Below, one piece after another: positions 26,270 to 38,114 of a stretch of 64,000 nucleotides of DNA. Position 1 is the first letter of the stretch, and every line of letters starts with the position of its first letter. The notes beneath the pieces were generated by a model. It saw nothing but the letters and a program-made list of their open reading frames with translations, was not told the origin of the DNA and did not search any database. A program made the translations under genes and the position numbers. Source of the DNA: Octopus sinensis. Lineage: Eukaryota. Location of the stretch: positions 3,038,001 to 3,102,000 of the forward strand of contig NC_043005.1 of the NCBI RefSeq assembly GCF_006345805.1, in the 5' to 3' direction.

Positions 26270-26390
26270 AAGCAATGTTTTCGTCATAGACGTCAGCAAA
26301 TCTTTGGACCGTGTCTGGTATGCAGAATCCTCTCGCCTAAGATTTCCACCAGTCTCTCATCTCTTGGATCGGTAGTTTTCTATCAGATCA
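26270..26390 (+). mobile_element. LINE RT remnant (CR1/Jockey-like)
   Basis: IDVSKSLDRVWY resembles LDISKAFDKVWH; then SWIGSFLSD in a shifted frame. Confidence 0.5.
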
Positions 26391-26949
26391 CATTAATGTG
26401 AGGGACGAAACCGGATATGGACGGGTACGGCTTTGACTTGTCTGGGTGAGTAACCGTACCGTTTAAGTAATTTGACCGTGTGCTGGACCTGATTCTGTGA
26501 CTGCACACCCGTTAGAGATTGAAGAATTTGGGAGAAGCGAATGAGATGTTGGGAGTTGATAATAAGGTATGATGAGGCAAAGACCAAGAGAGAGGAAACA
26601 GTAAAATTAAAGAGAGCAGAAGAACTGAGGATGGAGTGTGTGTGTGTAGGGGGGAGTAGATGGAGAGAGAGAGAGAGAAAGAAAGTGAGAGAGAGAGCTG
26701 TTCAGGAGCTTAGAGATTTCAGAGATAACAGAGTGAATTCGAGAGAGTTAAGTAAGGAGAAAAGAGGACAAAAGAAACAAAGGAATCGAGTTGTAATCGA
26801 GAGAGAGAGAGAGAGAGAAGGATGGCAACGAGCTATTGTAACTAAATTTCTGGTATTTCTTTTGTCCAATACTGTGTTGACTCCTCCTCTCCCATCCATT
26901 TCTATTTATATCTTATAAATAAGATGAATGAATAATCGAATATAATTAC

Positions 26950-27055
26950 CATAGTGGAGATCTATATAGCTGGACACGTACTTATATACACAGTCGTACA
27001 ATAAAAGCGAATCATCTCTGAAATAGTATTTGGGCAAAACTTTCGGATCGTCAAC
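26950..27055 (-). CDS. Lipoxygenase, most 5' exon found (VDDPKVLPKYYFRDDSLLLYDCVYKYVSSYIDLHY)
   Basis: Acceptor tttcag|GTT and donor TATG|gtaatt; 106 nt, phase 0 to 1; matches the LOX motif (RG)VxDxxxLPxYxxRDD. Confidence 0.92.
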
Positions 27056-27382
27056 CTGAAATATGAGAGCAAAGAGTGATATCTTCATAGATAAAACGTG
27101 CCAGACAAATGTTTTCTTTTTATGCTTCATTAACCTTGCTGAGGAATTGTTTATTAATAATGAAACCTCATGCCAAGTTGCCTAAGAGACTGACTGCGTC
27201 TTGCTTTCACGTAGAACGAAATCCTTTATGAATATGTATTTGTGTATTCATTGAGTTTGCAAGCGTTGAGTGTATGGAATAACGTTTCATGTACCCCAGG
27301 ATAGATGTGCATATGATATATAACTTACGTATTACAACCCAGAAATATATGTGTATGTGCTTATATCATATGTACGAAAATA

Positions 27383-27725
27383 CTGGAGTCAGCTGAAGAG
27401 TTCATCGACTGATCAAGATGGTCTCATGGAATGTGACCAAATGAGGTGTATTTTTCAAGATGTCCTCCTTGCAGTCTACACACTTCTTCCATCGGCGTTG
27501 CAGTGCTTGGATCTCATTGGTTGAGAAGCTTTCATCCGACTGGTAAAAAAAATGTCATCAACAGCAGATATGATGTCATCAACGTTGCGATACTGGTTCC
27601 GAGGCAAGTGTTTTATCAGATGAAAGTCAGATGGGATCCAAATCATAGAATGAGGATGGAGAGAGTGATCAATCAGTTCAAAGCCACAATGACGCATAGC
27701 AACCATTGAAACCAAAGACTTGTCT
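27383..27725 (-). mobile_element. Mariner 3' remnant, paralogue of 1821-2168
   Basis: IPSDFHLIKHLPRNQYRNVDDIISAVDDIF; shared terminal GTCAGCTGAA..GTTCAT...CTCATGGAATGTGACCAAA. Confidence 0.78.
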
Positions 27726-27789
27726 TGATGACCACTTTCACCAAACCAAAATAATAATAATAATTACTCATTTACGAAGACGACGAACT

Positions 27790-27985
27790 GGCAGACTCGT
27801 TAGCACGTCGGGCGAAATGCTTAGCAGTATTCCGTCCGTATTCATGTTCTGAGTTCAAATTCTGCCGAGATCGACTTTGCCTTTCATCCTTTCGGGGTCG
27901 ATAAATTAAGCACCAGTGAAACACTGGGGTCGATATAATCGACTAGTCTCCTCCCCAAAAATTTCAGACCATATGTCTATAGTAG
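27790..27985 (+). mobile_element. Nin/Deu-like SINE
   Basis: Head CTGGCAGACTCGTTAGCACG and core TTTGCCTTTCATCCTTTCGGGGTCGATAAATTAAG. Confidence 0.8.
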
Positions 27986-28085
27986 AACGGATTATTTTGG
28001 GAAGATTGATTTAATTGAAGCTAATGAAACAATTGCAAGCTAAACAATAAACGGCGTTTGATAACTTTTTTCTTTGATGTTCTTT

Positions 28086-28131
<46 letters not shown>

Positions 28132-28249
28132 TATGCTGGTGTTTTGTGGACTTTCGGATTGCTAGTGTAACGTGCTCCAGAGGGATATCTCCACTTTCCA
28201 ACTTCCATACAGCCACCATTAATACAAGTTCTTCATGAGGAAAATGCCG

Positions 28250-28635
28250 GGATCACACAGCGACATATAAATAAGAATACAAAGCTGGCTCTTTACAAAT
28301 CATTTGTCTTACTGTCCCTGTTGTATTCTTGTGAAACATGGACTTGTTATAAAAGGCATTTTAAACTGTTAGAACAATTCCACCAGAAATGCCTTCATTG
28401 CATTTTAAAAATTAAATGGAGTTCTTTTACTCCAAACACAGATGTTCTTGTTTCTGCAGGCATCACCCCAATTAAAGCTATGATTTTGAGGAACCAACTG
28501 AAATGGTGTGGCCATATTGTTCAATGAAAGATGAACGCATGCCGAAACAGCTGTTTTATGGTGAGCTTGCAGAGGGGAAACGCTATCGACATAAACCTAA
28601 AAAAAAGGACTACTATGAAGTTACTTGGAATGGTT
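28250..28635 (+). mobile_element. RTE (BovB-like) LINE fragment ending at the assembly gap
   Basis: LLYSCETWTCYKRH..LEQFHQKCL..IL.IKW, QLKWCGH, DERMPKQLFYGEL. Confidence 0.82.
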
Positions 28636-28735
28636 NNNNNNNNNNNNNNNNNNNNNNNNNNNNNNNNNNNNNNNNNNNNNNNNNNNNNNNNNNNNNNNNN
28701 NNNNNNNNNNNNNNNNNNNNNNNNNNNNNNNNNNN
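28636..28735. other. Assembly gap (100 N)
   Basis: Run of N; a round size suggests a placeholder of unknown length. Confidence 0.98.
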
Positions 28736-30414
28736 GTTACCCGTGTTACATACACTTGAAGAATTAGACTTTTTGTTATATTTTTCTAATGAACTGGAAT
28801 ATCTATGTTTCGAATTTCCTCAAAATTGCAGATGAGGGTTATTTCCCTCTTAACACACCCAAATAAAATTGTAATCGTGCCACATCTATCCATACTGCTG
28901 ATTTTTATGCGCATATTCTAAAATTCCAGTCTCATAGAGCCTGTTAAAAGGATTTTGCTTCTGAAAAATGGAGGTTATGGAGCTCTAAAATGTGAGAGTT
29001 AACGCCCCTATTGGGGATGGGCATCTTAATGTCAGCCAGAGAATTTGAACTGTTGAGATTCTTTTTAACTTGGGTCTTATATCTATTGTTTGAATTTCTT
29101 TGAAATAGGAAATATATGTTCACTGGGTTTGTATAAGAGAGCAAAGCTACAGGAAACCAAAAGACGAATGATCACAATAAGCAGTCAGTTACCCTCCCCT
29201 AGTCGTAACCACTCCCAATGTAGGATTCCTCACCATCCAGGTGACAGGCACAGCAATAAGATGCATTACGAATCTATAGCAATTAGAAGGGCGTGACCCA
29301 GCTGAATAAACATTAACAACTGTGTGACGTGAGGGCTAAGGAGAAATGAAAGTGTCACCTTTGGAGTTTGCAAATGACCACTATACTGATACGTAACTAG
29401 GCAGAATACATTTACAATCTATAAATGTCTTTGAATAACCAGTCACTCATCTGGGAAGGCCTTGAAATCAATGTTACCATCTGGGGACTATGTGTGACCC
29501 AGTGATAATAAAAAGACTGAAAGGAGTTTTGCAATCAAATAACTTCACTCAACACTTTGCAACTGAATCAGTGGAGGCAAAGATGCCTCTCATTTACTTA
29601 ACAATTTATGCAGCACATTGCAGAAATCACAATGTAAGTGTATGTCAAGGCAAACTCTTACACTGTTGTACCATTGAATTACAAATAATGTTAATCTTCT
29701 ATGCTCGGATGACCCCACAGCTTCCAAGAGTACAACTATTCGTTTTTGCTTAGATAAAATGACAAAATTGTGGGTGTTAAGTCCTCATGAATGGGTCTTT
29801 CTAACTTGTAAGAAGATGAAATTTTATAAATATTTCTTCATTTGTATCTAATATCTATGGTTAAAATTTCCTCAACAGCAAAAATATATGAATTGTCATG
29901 GGGGTTGTGGCCCTTAAGCATAAATTACAATTTCCAAATTTCCTAAAGATCCATTCAGTGCTTTTGACTTAGTTTTGGATCATGAAAGAAATGACTAAAA
30001 TTTGGGAGTTAAGGCCCCCATTAGGGTGTCTTAGAATCTTCATGTGAAGTGGAAAATTTGAGAATACTTCTTGAAGTGTGTCAATTACCCATGGTTGAAA
30101 TTTCATCAACATCGAAAATTTATGAATTTTCATGGGGTGGTTCTGCCCCCTTTAAGCCATCCGAAATTCAAACCAAACATATAGCATTATAACCGCCCTT
30201 ATGCATTGAATCTAAGTTTCAAATATCATAAGGATCAATTCAGAAATTTTGGTCCACGAAACACACAGCATTACCCTTCTCCCTGGGCTTCGATTTTGTG
30301 TTCCAAATTTCATTATGATCGGTGCAGCATTTTTCGAATGTATAAGTAATACAGCAAACCATAAAGACATTGTCTTTGATATAATAAATATGAATGTACA
30401 CATATACATACATG

Positions 30415-30469
<55 letters not shown>

Positions 30470-30478
30470 TATATATAT

Positions 30479-30521
<43 letters not shown>

Positions 30522-30561
30522 ATATATATATTTTGTGAAATATCCATTTCTCATTCACTAA

Positions 30562-30600
<39 letters not shown>

Positions 30601-30691
30601 GGAATGTTTACGAAAATAAACAAAAGACGAGGGCAGGTGGAGTACAAACAAACAAATGTATTAGTATGGCGCTCAGGAATAGAAATAGAAG

Positions 30692-30729
30692 TCTTTTACG
30701 TTTCGAGCCTACGCTCTTCGACAGAAAGA
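30692..30729 (-). ncRNA. Minimal type I hammerhead-like motif with variant core, in a Penelope-like terminal repeat
   Basis: Minus strand TCTTT-CTGTCGA-A-GAGC(GTAG)GCTC-GAAA-CGT-A-AAAGA. Confidence 0.5.
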
Positions 30730-30833
30730 TACACAGAAAAAAACAAGGAGAGAAAAAAATGCGTGTAGTAGCTACGATCTATCATGGCGTGCGTCTATAT
30801 ATGTGCGTGCGTCTGTGTGTGTGTGAGTGTGTG

Positions 30834-30872
<39 letters not shown>

Positions 30873-32264
30873 TAATTATCAATATGGGAAGCAAAAAATT
30901 CAGCAGAAATTATTTTGCTACCAGCGGTCTAGTGAGAAAAAAGGAACATAGTCAGAGACTATTTTTAAATTCAACAGTAAAATTAAGGAACGGCCATAAT
31001 AGGTCGTTCAACCCACTAGAAATAACAGCCAAAGGCTTCAACCGCAAATTAGTAGTAATTCCGTAAATCAAGAGAAAATTAAAAAAAATTACCCTTTTCC
31101 ACTTTATACAATGCCACTCGTTTCATCATCATCATCATCGTTTTTTAATGGTAAAATCAGCCTGATTATTAAATCAACTAATCTTCCATAGGCCAACAGA
31201 TTCATCAGTAAAGTAAGCCAGGAGGGAGAGATATTTACACGAGGCGGCACCACTACCGCTTCGGCAATATCTAACCTAAAATTTTCAAAATCATCGTACT
31301 CGCGCCAATTTATCGGCAGCAAATATAAGCTGCCGATTCCATTTCGGAATTAAACAGAAAATTCATAATTAATCAATATAGGGTAGCAAAAAATTCAGCA
31401 GAAATTATTTTGCTACCAGCGGTCTAGTGAGAAAAAAGGAAATAGTCAGAGACTATTTATAAATTCAACAGTAAAATTAAGGAACGGCCATAATAGGTCG
31501 TTCAACCCACTAGAAATAACAGCCAAAGGCTTCAACCGCAAATTAGTAGTAATTCCGTAAATCAAGAGAAAATTAAAAAAACATTTACCCTTTTCCACTT
31601 TATACAATGCATCGTTTCATCGTTTTTTAATGGTAAAATCAGCCTGATTAAATTAAATTTTTTAAATTAATTTTTTTAAATTTTCTCTTGATTTACGGAA
31701 TTACTACTAATTTGCGGTTGAAGCCTTTGGCTGTTATTTCTAGTGGGTTGAACGACCTATTATGGCCGTTCCTTAATTTTACTGTTGAATTTATAAATAG
31801 TCTCTGACTATTTCCTTTTTTCTCACTAGACCGCTGGTAGCAAAATAATTTCTGCTGAATTTTTTGCTACCCTATATTGATTAATTATGAATTTTCTGTT
31901 TAATTCCGAAATGGAATCGGCAGCTTATATTTGCTGCCGATACATTGCGCGAGTACGATGATTTTGAAAATTTTAGGTTAATATGCCGAAGCGGTAGTGG
32001 TGCCGCCTCGTGTAAATATCTCTCCCTCCTGGCTTACTTTACTGATAATCTGTTGGCCTATGGAAGATTAGCTTGATTAATTTAATCAGGCTGATTTTAC
32101 CATTAAAAAACGATGAAACGATGCATTGTATAAAGTGGAAAAGGGAAATGTTTTTTTATTTTCTCTTGATTTACGAATACTACTAATTTGCGGTTGAAGC
32201 CTTTGGCTGTTATTTCTAGTGGGTTGAACGAGCTATTATGGCGTTCCTTAATTCTATTATTATA

Positions 32265-32315
<51 letters not shown>

Positions 32316-32369
32316 GATTGATTTCTTTAAGTTTCTCTCTACGAATCTATGTGTATATATATATTATAT

Positions 32370-32439
<70 letters not shown>

Positions 32440-32600
32440 GTATATATATTATATATATGTATATATGTATATATATATATGTATATGTATGTATATATAT
32501 ATGCATATATATATGTATATATGTATATTATGTATATATGTATATATATGTATATATGCATATATATGTATATGTATGTATATGTATATATATATGTATA

Positions 32601-32633
<33 letters not shown>

Positions 32634-32864
32634 ATATGTGCACACACACACACAAAGATAAATTGTGGGCAAAAAAAATATGAGATAATGCCTAGTGTTT
32701 TTTTTGATAAGCCTGGTATTTATTCTATCAGTTTCTTCTTGTGAAACCAGTAAGTTATGGGGATGTAAATAAACCAACACAAGTTTTGAGGCAGTGATGA
32801 GGGAGAAACACAAAGACACACACACAGACTTACATATATACATACATATATATACGATTTATTT

Positions 32865-33020
32865 ATTTCAGTTTCTGTCTACAAAATCCACTGACAAGGC
32901 TTTGGTTGGTCTGAGGCTATAACAGAAGACACATGCCAAGTTACCACACAGTGGGACTGAACTGAGGACCATGTGTTTTGGAACGAAGTTTGTTACCACA
33001 CAGCCACACCTGCACCTGTG
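32865..33020 (-). mobile_element. SINE 5' half (family of 18208-18617)
   Basis: Reverse complement of the head GGTGTGGCTGTGTGGTAA..GTTCAGTCCCACTG..GCCTTGTCAGTGGATTT. Confidence 0.75.
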
Positions 33021-33056
33021 TGTGTGTGTGTATGTGTGTATGGGTGTATATATGTA

Positions 33057-33879
33057 TGCATGTATATATGTAAATATATATGTGTACATATTACATGTAC
33101 ATCTATATATATATACAGCTACTCATATACATCTATAGATATACATCTATATGTATAGAAATAAATGTATACATATACAGCTATACACACATACACAGCT
33201 ATATACACACACACATACATAGGTGCAGGTGTGGCTGTGTGGTAACAAACTTCGTTCCAAAACACATGGTCCTGGGTTTAAAATTAAATTTAAAATAATA
33301 AGGATGAGAAATTGAATATTAATTTGATTAATATGAATTGAAAACCAGTGGTGTAGCATACAAAACCATAGCGGATCTTCTAGCAAAATGGATGTCCACT
33401 GTTAATGGTTCATCCCTCTTATATAATAGTTTGACTTTAAAAGTTTCAGTATTAAAGTGAAAGTATCTGACATTGCAATAGAGAGATGTTTTTGTTTCAC
33501 TTTTAACACGTAATACTGAAATAGTGGAGAAGATATGATATTGTTGTAGGCTCGCCCTAGGCAAGAAGTTAGAAGTTTTTTTTGCCTATGACAGTACATG
33601 GACCCTAAGTAAGGCATGTGTAAAATTTGAATGAAATTGGTTGTGTAGTTCTCAAGTTTTAGGGATTCATAGTGGAGAAAATATGATATTGCTGTGGGCT
33701 CGCCCTAGGTAAAAAGTTTAAAACATTTTTGCCCATGACACTCCCTGGACCCTAAGTAAGGCATGTGTAAAATTTGAATGAAATTGGTTTTGTAGTTCTC
33801 AAGTTTTAGGGATTCACACAGACAGACAGACAGACAGACGGACAGACACACATTCTCAGTTTTATATATATATAGAAGA
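33057..33879 (-). mobile_element. Non-autonomous Helitron, 3' end missing, with an internal tandem duplication
   Basis: 5' end TCTTCTATATATA at 33879 and a body shared with 33880-35259; internal duplication at about 33520-33810. Confidence 0.65.
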
Positions 33880-35259
33880 CTAGCATTATGACCCGTCGTT
33901 GCCGGGTCATAGTGCTAGTGCATGTATATATGTGTATATATATATGTGTACATATTACATGTACATCTATATATATACATCTACACATAAAATACAAAAT
34001 ACAAAGTTATATCTTGATATCGCTAGTGATAACAATACTCAAAATATATAACAGACTGGAATTGTTGGCCTGTCTCTTGCAATTTCGATCAATTGTATCT
34101 TGTCCTCCCTCTTGTATAGAAGTGTTGCTACAATCCATCCTACCTCTACTTCTGGGGGGACATTTTAAATTTTTATCCGGGATGTCCTACGTCCCAGATA
34201 TAAAGGTAAAAATAAAATATTTCCACTTTGCAAGGTTCGAGTCGAGTACTCCCTTGCACGCTCCGTTGTCTCGAACCTTGCTTCTATTGTGGCGAATTTA
34301 CCGCCTCTGGTTAGATATCTTTCATAGTCGCAGCAAGACACTTTTCGATGGTGCTTTCCTCCAGGTGTTCAAATCTTTTTTTTTTCTACATCGTATACTT
34401 TATAGACAATAGTCTTTTCTTTTCTTTAATTTTTTATTTCGTTTGGTGATGTTATCCTAGATTCACCGTCTTTGTCGGTGATGAATCCGAAATAGGTTTG
34501 TATTTCTTCCATTTTAATTTTAATGAGTTCGCGCCCGCCGACGGCTGCAGCGAAATTGATTTTTGGACTTTCTTCTATCGAAGGCATTCTAACAAAAATG
34601 CTTCCGTATAAACGGTGAAAATATTGTCAATTTCCCCAAAGAGGGACACAATTTTTAAATAATAACCAAAGCTCCTTCTCCCAAAGGGGAAGGGTTACAG
34701 TTTACAATTATTTAACAAATGCAACACAACAGCATTTCCCTTGCCAACAAACGTGATAACAATAGTTAAATAGTAATAATAATAACAACAAACCTTACGG
34801 TGAATCAAAAAGCAGTACGCAGTTGATTTACTTTAATTTATTCCCATTCATGTGAAACCACTTATTCAAGTTCAAGTCATTGATGCAATTTTATACTAAT
34901 TGCTATTTTTACTTTTGTTATGTTACGATTATATTATACTTTAGTTTGATTTTAATTATTACTTACTACATATAATTCAATTGTTATTATTTTTATTGTT
35001 AAAGTGAAAGTATCTGACATAAAATAGAGAAATGTTTTTGTTTCACTTTTAACACATAATACTGAAATAGTGGAGAAGATATGATATTGCTATGGGCTCG
35101 CTCTAGGCAAGAAGTTGAACATTTTTTTTGCCCATGAAACTACATGGACCCTAAGTAAGGTATGTGTAAAATTTGAATGAAATTGGTTGTGTAGTTCTCA
35201 AGTTTTAGGGATTCACACAGACAGACAGACACACATTCTCAGTTTTATATATATAGAGA
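33880..35259 (-). mobile_element. Non-autonomous Helitron with both termini
   Basis: Minus strand A|TC at 35259 and CTAG at 33883-33880, with hairpin ATGACCCG..CGGGTCAT at 33888-33910. Confidence 0.75.
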
Positions 35260-35282
35260 TATATGCGTGCGTATGTGTGGGT

Positions 35283-35319
<37 letters not shown>

Positions 35320-35555
35320 GATACCGAATTTCGCGTTGCCACTCTTCTTTGTCAACGGAAACCTCGAAGTAAACAACTGAAAACCCCAGTTCTTTCACTT
35401 GATATTACAATTAAATCTACTCCACATATTGAGTACTGCCTGAAGTTGGCAAGTCTGTCTGTCTGTCTGTCTCTCCCTCCTCTTTCTCCCTCTCTCTCTA
35501 CATACACACATACACAAATACACATCATACATACATACATACATACATACATACA

Positions 35556-35587
<32 letters not shown>

Positions 35588-35596
35588 CATGCATAA

Positions 35597-35915
35597 CATG
35601 CCGAATATTGTTGTTTGGGACAGAGGGGCAAAGGTATGTACCATCATAGAGGTCAGCCGCCCTGCAGATATAAATAACTCTTTGAAAATCTAAGAAAAAG
35701 AGACGATATCTATGGACAACTGCTTCGAAACCTCCAGCTTCTATATCCGGACTATGAATTCATATTCATACCAATAATAATTGGAGTACTAGGTTTTGTT
35801 AGTAAATGCTTAAACGAGAATCTGGATAAACTGGGATTTTCAGAAAGAGAAATCGTCCGGCCAATTCGTACATTACAAGTGCAATCTGTGAGTGGAACAG
35901 TAAAAATGTTTTTTC
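35597..35915 (+). mobile_element. R4/Dong-like LINE, restriction-like endonuclease fragment
   Basis: PNIVVWDRGAKVCTIIEVS.PAD, then YGQLLRNLQLLYPDYEFIFIPIIIGVLG; homologous to 38545-39074. Confidence 0.75.
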
Positions 35916-36095
35916 AGCTTGTGTTAAATATGTTGCTCTTAAAGATCGCTAAATCCGATTCTGTATCTAGATGCAAGTCGGTCCGGCCCCGATGTATTGT
36001 CGTGTGTTTTTGCAGTTTAACGACCTGTTATGAATTAGACTTCTTAATTTCCCTGAATTTATCTTTTAATGTTTATACATCCGTTCTCTGTACGG

Positions 36096-36147
<52 letters not shown>

Positions 36148-36339
36148 ATGCAAGCGTGTGTGTGTGTGTGTGTGTATTGTGTGTGTGTGTGTGTGTATGT
36201 GTGTGTGTGTGTGTGTGTGCGAGCGTGCGTGGTATCAGTGTCGTGATCCCATGAGATGTGCATCAGAAATACCTTTATTCGTTTCTGTTACTAGAGTCAC
36301 ACCTGTTGCGATTGTGGATGGGATGGAAGCACTCCGTCG

Positions 36340-36706
36340 GTTACGACGACGAGGGTTCCGGTTGATCCGAATCAACGGAACAGCCTGCTCGTGAAATTAA
36401 CGTGTAAGTGGCTGAGCACTCCACAGACACGTGTACCCTTAACGTAGTTCTCAGGGAGATTCAGTGTAACACAGAGTGTGACAAGGCTGGCCTCTTGAAT
36501 TACAGGTACAACAGAAACAGGAAAAAAGAGTGAGAGAAAGTTGTGATGAAAGAGTACGGCAGGGTTCACCACCATCCCTGCCAGAGCCTCGTGGAGCTTT
36601 TTGGTGTTTTCGCTCAATGAACACTCACAACGCCCGGTCTGGGAATCGAAACCGCGATCCTACGACCGCGAGTCCGCTGCCCTAACCACTGGGCCATTGC
36701 GCCCCC
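36340..36706 (-). mobile_element. tRNA-derived SINE, second family
   Basis: Minus head GGGCGCAATGGCCCAGTGGTTAGGGCAGCGGACTCGCGGTCGTAGGATCGCGGTTTCGATTCCC with A and B boxes; relatives at about 37495-37650, 41225-41530, 47490-47800, 56135-56445 and 63520-63785. Confidence 0.82.
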
Positions 36707-38114
36707 ACAGTTGCGATTGTAGACCCATGCAGAATTAAAGCCCCGAATGCCGCGGCCGCCTTTGAAGGTACTGTCTGCTATTGGTGCTGCCTTTTTTTCC
36801 CTCGAATGCCCTTTTTCTTTTTCAGCAAATATCAGCTTGCTCCTTTTTCTTTTGAGACCCCATTTTAGTTCTCACCTCCAGCGAGAGCAATCAACCCCCA
36901 TATCCAGTTACTTTTCAGAATACATGTTCAATCACCTTTCATCCTGTCGGGGACGATAAATTAAGTACCAGTTGCGTACTGGGGTCGATCTAGTCGACTG
37001 GCCCCCTCCCCTAAAATTTCGGGCCTTGTGCCCAGAGCAGAAAAGAATATACAGGTTCAGTGATTTCATGCTTCTCTAATAGTTAGCTTTGAAATAAAGA
37101 TGGAGCCAGCCTTGTGCGCTCTCACCTGCGATCTGCCCCTATTACAGCCGATCATTCGAGATTCTTTAGTCTGACATGCGAAGACATTGCTGTTGGAGTA
37201 GTTGTAAAAAAATGGATGCTTGAGTGCAGGTCAGAATCTTATAGGCGACTACTTGAATGGTTTAGTTGGTTTCCAAATGGAAGGCGTTGAGAAACCGTTC
37301 TTGCTTGAAGCAGCGGTTTCAGGTGGCGCTGTTTTCAGGCAAGTTCTCTGGCTTTATTTCTTTCACATTTTTTATTTATGCGCCCTTTTCAAGCCTAGCC
37401 AGGGTCATGGGCCCAGTTTTCCGGTTTCTGTGGCGTATGTGTCCCCCCCCCCAGCTGGATGGGACGCCAATCCATCGCAGAGTTACTTAAGAAACAGGAA
37501 GAAAGACTGAGAGAAAGTTGGGGCGAAAGAGTACATCAGGGGTCGCTACCATCCCCTGCCGGAGACTCGTGGAGCTTTAGGTGTTTTCGCTCAATAATCA
37601 CACACAACGCCTGCGATTCCGCTACCCTAACCACTGGGCCATTGCGCCTCCACTTCTTTCACATTACCTGAAATATTTGATTAGGCGCAATATACCAAAT
37701 TATCCCCAGCATTCATTAATTTCACGTTTCAGTAATAAAGCGATTAAGTCTAAAACAAATATCTGTTTTAGTATAAACAAGGCGAAACTTTGTGTGATTG
37801 TCCAGCGCCAGAAAGGGGATTATAACGCCACAGTTTGTTTTGGTACCCTAGATGCCAGCGACTACCGATTCGTCACAGGAGACTGAGCACTTTGAAAAGA
37901 GATCGATAAAGGAATAATTTCAGAAAGTTATGCGATAAACAACAATTATAAAATGAGATTTGATTTTTATGGTATTAGGGAAATGATTAAAAGAATGTTA
38001 AATAATTTTGTCTCGTGGTTGGTCACATGTCCTACCCCTGGGTAACTCTATCGCTCTTGACTATGTACGTACGTACGTACGTATGTATATATGTGTGTAT
38101 GTATGTATATATGT

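Noticed and set aside
26393-26587. Minus ORF considered as the missing LOX exon
   Set aside because: It has no LOX motif. The true linking exon is 25440-25522, whose phases match both neighbours.
28736-30390. Possible further minus-strand Helitron next to the gap
   Set aside because: The 5' region resembles the other Helitrons, but no clean TC end is visible and the 3' end would fall in the N gap.
36640-36706. tRNA-like sequences with A and B boxes here and at other SINE heads
   Set aside because: They are SINE heads continuing into SINE bodies, with no complete cloverleaf.
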